A model generated the notes under the pieces. It was given only the letters and a program-made list of their open reading frames with translations. It was not told where the DNA came from and did no database searches. The position numbers were made by a program, and so were the translations under genes. Below, piece by piece: positions 59,922-64,000 of a stretch of 64,000 nt of DNA. The DNA lies in contig CAVTBV010000008.1 of NCBI GenBank assembly GCA_963733095.1, positions 1-64,000 of the forward strand, given 5' to 3'. Origin of the DNA: Candidatus Bathyarchaeota archaeon. Its GTDB lineage: Archaea; Thermoproteota; Bathyarchaeia; Bathyarchaeales; Bathycorpusculaceae. The number at the start of each line of letters is the position of its first letter. Position 1 is the stretch's first letter.

Positions 59922-62900
59922 TTGGTTACAGTGTCGAGAAACCTTTTCGATTCCTTGAATAGATTTATTGTTAAGCGGCATCGCTTGATAATTATTGCGT
60001 GGGTTATTGCTCTTGTCGTTTCACTTAGCCTTGTGCCCAGTTTCTTCTCGTCGGTCTCCTACGACCTCGCGGGAGGTTTTAGTGCCCCTTCAAACAGTCA
60101 ATCGGAGAAAGCCTCCAACATACTGCAAGCGCAGTTTCCAAACGCTTCCGATCAAAGCTCCAACAGCATCCTGCTTGTTGTTCAGGGAACAGAGCCATAT
60201 TCTGGCGCTTTAAAAAAAGCCATAATTGACTTAAACCAAACCATCAGTCAAGACCAGAGCATCGTGAATTTTACGGGCGAATCAAGCCTTTATTCCACCG
60301 AATATAGTTTACTTAATTCATCGATTCCAAGCATCCTTCCCCAAGTAGACGCCCTTGAAGCCAATATAAGCTCCATCAACGCCGGCGCATATTCTTTGGC
60401 GGCAAACTTGGCGTCGCTAAACACGAACTTGTTCCAGACAATCGATGGAATCAACCAGACCGCTCAACTGGTGTTTGGGATTCCAGCGGCTTTTGCAGGT
60501 GCATACCAGGGGATAACTATCCAAGGAGTAACTGACCCATACATTGCAAACCTCCAAGCAAACGCAACTGCCTATCAAATCACAAATAATTTTGGAGGCG
60601 ACCCAAACTCCATCGGGTACTACACCGCCTTCTTTAACGTCTGGAACTCCAGCTTTCTGAGCCTTCCAGCCAACGCAAGCTCTGTTGCTGACAGAGAAAC
60701 TCTAGCTATTAACCAGTCAGTTGCTCTGTTTTTGAGCTCTCCACAGTTGGATGACCAAACTAAACAAATCGTAACCGCTGTCGTTTCGGGCTTGACAGTT
60801 TCAAATTGGAGCCAAAGCGATGCCATAACCAACCTATCTGATGTAATAATAGCTGAAAACCTCCCCTTGGACCTATCAACTCAACTGGGCATCAACCCTC
60901 AAACTCTAATCAATCAACTCTATAAATTAGGAGCCACACCTTCCAACGCGACAATTTTAGATTATGCTGTGAATTTAACGATAAACACAATGGGAAACCT
61001 CACAGATGTAGATGTGGGTTTTTCGCCAACTCAACTGGTGAATGAAGCAATCAACTTGGGTTCATCACCGAGTTTCACACAAAAATGGACATTGGCTTCA
61101 GAGCTCATTGCGAACGCCACCCAAAGTGCATTTGCGGATTCTCCGCTTTTCTCAATCAACAGCCCAGCGCTGGCGAATCTGCTTTCAAACCTATCACAAA
61201 ACTCCACAGCTGCTGATATTGATAGGGCAATCCAAAACGCAATCTCAACCCAAAGCTTCACCGACTATCCCTATCAACCAACCAGTGCAATAACCCAAAA
61301 CTTTGTAGGCACCGACAACAGCACAATACTTGTTATTTTGGGGTTCTCCTCAACACCCGATGTTAACGCAATAGCTCAAGTAAAGTCAGCTGTAGAGAAT
61401 TCAGCACTCCAAACACTCGGCACAACCTATGTTACGGGGTCGCCTGTTCTGGTTCGTGATATCGAAAACACATTCATACCGGCGCTGGAAATCACTGTTG
61501 GACCTGCCATTGCGGTTTCTCTTTTAATCGTTGGGATTCTATTCTTTGCGCCCTTGGCTGCTATTATCCCTATAATTTTAGGTGGTGTTTCAACGGTTAT
61601 TTCTCTTGCTTCAATCTATTTTGCTGTAGTTACGGTAGGTAAAAGCGAAATAACATTCCTTACACCCACACTTACCATACTGTTGCTTCTTGGACTGGCT
61701 GTTGACTACGCGGTTTTGCAGCTTAGAAGAACCAAAGAAGAGCGACAGCAAGGCAAGTCTATTGAAGAAAGCGTAGGGCTCTCCGTGCGTTGGGCTGGGC
61801 AGGCGGTGCTCACTGCAGGAATCACTGTTATCGTAGCTTACATTGTTATGGCTGTGGTTAACGTGCCCATTTTCAGTGATGTGGGAACCGCCATCTCAAT
61901 CAGCGTCACCATACTGCTCGCTGCCTCGCTCACCCTTCTACCAGCCCTCGAAATCGCGTTGAAAGACAAAATCTTCTGGCCGGGACTGGGCAGAAACAAA
62001 AACGGCTCCAATTCACCTCGATTAAGAAACTTGGCAAAGAACATATTGAAACGCAAAAAGGTAATAGCAGTTCTAATCAGTGTACTTGCCTTGGGTGCCT
62101 TCTACGTTGAATACACCATGCCTACAGGCTCGGATTTTCTAAAACTCATTCCAAACTTCCCCAGCAACCATGGCTTAACGGTTATTTCAAACAGTTTTGG
62201 AAGCGCATTCGTAAGCCCAACAACAATTGTTGTGACAACTCCGACACCAATCATCTACGGCGACAACCAGTTCAACATAACCCTCATGGACCAACTTGAA
62301 ACAATCACCCAAACAGCCGCCAACTCGCCCGACGTCGTGACCGTAACCAGCCCCACCCGACCGTTCGGATCCATTTTCAACTATGCAGGGCTCTCAAACA
62401 TGTCTGAGACACTTCAACCCCAATACGAGAGCCAAATTTACTCCATGATAGGGCAAGATAACCAAACCGTAAAGGTTACCGTCGGTCTCTCAGTGGAAGC
62501 TCAAAGCCAAGCAGCCATGACCGCTGTGCGTCAAGCACAGAAAAACGTTAACGCACTTCCATTAATCGATGGCGTCAGTGTTTCTTTTGCTGGGGAAACA
62601 CAATCGTCCATCGACAGCCAAGCCTTCATGACGAATCTGCTTCCCCAAGTCGTTATAATCTTAGCAGCTGCCGTTTACGTAATCTTGTTTGTACAACTCC
62701 GATCTGCTTTCACACCTCTACGACTTATATTCACAATACTCTGCAGCGTCGCATTTGCTTTAGCTATACTTGCCGCAGTCTTCTACTACGGTAGCAACTT
62801 GCCAATCCTTGACTTTGCACCCCTCTTCGTGGTGGTAACAATGCTTGGCGTCGGAATAGACTACGACATATTCTTTGTAACTCGGATCCGTGAAGAAGCC

Positions 62901-63194
62901 CTCAAAGGCAACTCAGACGACGAAGCCATAAAAACAGCTGTAGAAAAAGTCTGGGTAACCATTCTTGGATTAGGTTTGGTTCTCGCAACGGTCTTTGCAT
63001 CACTGCTTATAACAGGGATAGCCATCCTTCAGGAAATCGCTTTAGCTGTATCAGCCGCAATAATAATCGATGTGTTAATCGTGATACTCTTCTTTGTGCC
63101 CTCACTAATGGGATTAGCTCAAAGACTAAACTGGTGGCCGCATAAAACCTCAAAGAACCCTCAAATGCAACAAGAAAACACAGAGAAATCCTAA
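59922..63194 (+). CDS. MMPL/RND family transporter
   Basis: Two repeats of TM blocks with GLAVDYA and GVGIDYDIF..RIREE; large N/S/T-rich extracellular domain. Confidence 0.92.
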   Translation: MVTVSRNLFDSLNRFIVKRHRLIIIAWVIALVVSLSLVPSFFSSVSYDLAGGFSAPSNSQSEKASNILQAQFPNASDQSSNSILLVVQGTEPYSGALKKAIIDLNQTISQDQSIVNFTGESSLYSTEYSLLNSSIPSILPQVDALEANISSINAGAYSLAANLASLNTNLFQTIDGINQTAQLVFGIPAAFAGAYQGITIQGVTDPYIANLQANATAYQITNNFGGDPNSIGYYTAFFNVWNSSFLSLPANASSVADRETLAINQSVALFLSSPQLDDQTKQIVTAVVSGLTVSNWSQSDAITNLSDVIIAENLPLDLSTQLGINPQTLINQLYKLGATPSNATILDYAVNLTINTMGNLTDVDVGFSPTQLVNEAINLGSSPSFTQKWTLASELIANATQSAFADSPLFSINSPALANLLSNLSQNSTAADIDRAIQNAISTQSFTDYPYQPTSAITQNFVGTDNSTILVILGFSSTPDVNAIAQVKSAVENSALQTLGTTYVTGSPVLVRDIENTFIPALEITVGPAIAVSLLIVGILFFAPLAAIIPIILGGVSTVISLASIYFAVVTVGKSEITFLTPTLTILLLLGLAVDYAVLQLRRTKEERQQGKSIEESVGLSVRWAGQAVLTAGITVIVAYIVMAVVNVPIFSDVGTAISISVTILLAASLTLLPALEIALKDKIFWPGLGRNKNGSNSPRLRNLAKNILKRKKVIAVLISVLALGAFYVEYTMPTGSDFLKLIPNFPSNHGLTVISNSFGSAFVSPTTIVVTTPTPIIYGDNQFNITLMDQLETITQTAANSPDVVTVTSPTRPFGSIFNYAGLSNMSETLQPQYESQIYSMIGQDNQTVKVTVGLSVEAQSQAAMTAVRQAQKNVNALPLIDGVSVSFAGETQSSIDSQAFMTNLLPQVVIILAAAVYVILFVQLRSAFTPLRLIFTILCSVAFALAILAAVFYYGSNLPILDFAPLFVVVTMLGVGIDYDIFFVTRIREEALKGNSDDEAIKTAVEKVWVTILGLGLVLATVFASLLITGIAILQEIALAVSAAIIIDVLIVILFFVPSLMGLAQRLNWWPHKTSKNPQMQQENTEKS

Positions 63195-63296
63195 AACCAA
63201 AACCTCTTTCTTTCACTTTTAAAAATGAAAATTACTTAGAAAAAGACGGATTAAAAAGAAATAAATTGTTTCTGTTACCAAATTGGGAGAGCTTGT

Positions 63297-63473
63297 TTAG
63301 GGAACAACTTCGGCGTCTGCACAGCCGCTAACCAGGTTTGTTATCCTGATCTTTACGTGTTCGTTGGCTTTGGCATTTTTAATGAACACTGGGAACCCTT
63401 TGATTTTGGCAACGCCCTCCCCGTTTGGACTCATATCAATAATGTCCACTTCAAGTTCTTCTCCAATTTCCAT
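63297..63473 (-). CDS. single TRAM domain protein (missed by the ORF track)
   Basis: Manual translation MEIGEELEVDIIDMSPNGEGVAKIKGFPVFIKNAKANEHVKIRITNLVSGCADAEVVP*. Confidence 0.85.
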   Translation of the reverse strand: MEIGEELEVDIIDMSPNGEGVAKIKGFPVFIKNAKANEHVKIRITNLVSGCADAEVVP

Positions 63474-63600
63474 GGGGTATGCTATGCCTCTTCCTCGGTT
63501 TTTAGCGTTTCTTGGGGCTCTTTTTTTAGGGCTAAAAGCGCATCATCCTCTTTTCAAAATTAGATACTATGTTCCTAAGCATAAGGGTTTTGTTATACAA

Positions 63601-64000
63601 CTACGAATCGATGCCTGCTTTGGGGCTTTTCAGTGTGTCTATGGCTTTTTCCGCCCACTGAGCATCTGTCCAAAACGCCCTGCCCACAGCAACCAAATCA
63701 ACTTTTCCATCCCTCACCAGCTTATCCGCAAATTCTGTTTCAGTAATTCCGCCTACCCCGATAACTGGAACACTGACTACTTTCTTAATCGCCTCTGCTT
63801 GCGGAACGAAGTAACCTTTAACTTGCCGCAGTTGCCTTGGTTCACTTCCACACATACCCCCAGATATGTCGAGTATATCTACGCCTGCCGCTTCAAGGCG
63901 CTTGGCAAAGACAACCGAATCCTCAATGTGGGTTCCATAGGGCGCTAAATCATCGGAGCCTAACCTGTAGAGCAAAAGCCTACTGCCGAGGCATCTGCGC
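63601..64000 (-). CDS. NADH:flavin oxidoreductase (Old Yellow Enzyme family), C-terminal part
   Basis: GVDILDISGG, PVIGVGGI, DLVAVGRA; frame open to the window end. Confidence 0.88.
   Translation of the reverse strand, partial: RRCLGSRLLLYRLGSDDLAPYGTHIEDSVVFAKRLEAAGVDILDISGGMCGSEPRQLRQVKGYFVPQAEAIKKVVSVPVIGVGGITETEFADKLVRDGKVDLVAVGRAFWTDAQWAEKAIDTLKSPKAGIDS

Noticed and set aside
63364-63948. 194-aa plus-strand ORF
   Set aside because: Antisense to the TRAM and flavin oxidoreductase genes, which carry clear motifs.

Overview
Archaeal accessory-rich window. It is most consistent with Bathyarchaeia; this is an inference from TTG/GTG starts, XPB-Bax1, DUF5752, Lrp/AsnC, TRAM and arCOG07300-like genes, and an expanded PAS histidine-kinase family. 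From left to right it holds: a partial CheB-CheR fusion; a capsid-less virus-derived block (terminase large subunit, wHTH genes, ABC-ATPase/GNAT fusion); two intact PAS histidine kinases plus three kinase remnants; a G1 glutamic peptidase; a P3A H+-ATPase; two ABC-2 exporters; a second integrative-element remnant bordered by degenerate tRNA 3' ends; pirin; XPB-Bax1; an IS1182 relic; a bacterial-type ClpB; a candidate structured RNA; two unknown genes; a four-gene RiPP-like cluster; a seven-gene prenyl/lipid cluster; an MMPL transporter; a TRAM gene; and a partial flavin oxidoreductase. The best candidate for a new system is the RiPP-like cluster at 44403-49456. It encodes a SPASM radical SAM, a B12-dependent radical SAM, a class I methyltransferase and a 168-aa precursor with three identical CPTPLCSSCGND cores. 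These cores are inserted into a helical scaffold that recurs, without the cores, as the N-terminal ~100 aa of the methyltransferase. All family calls come from motif reading by eye; no database searches were run.
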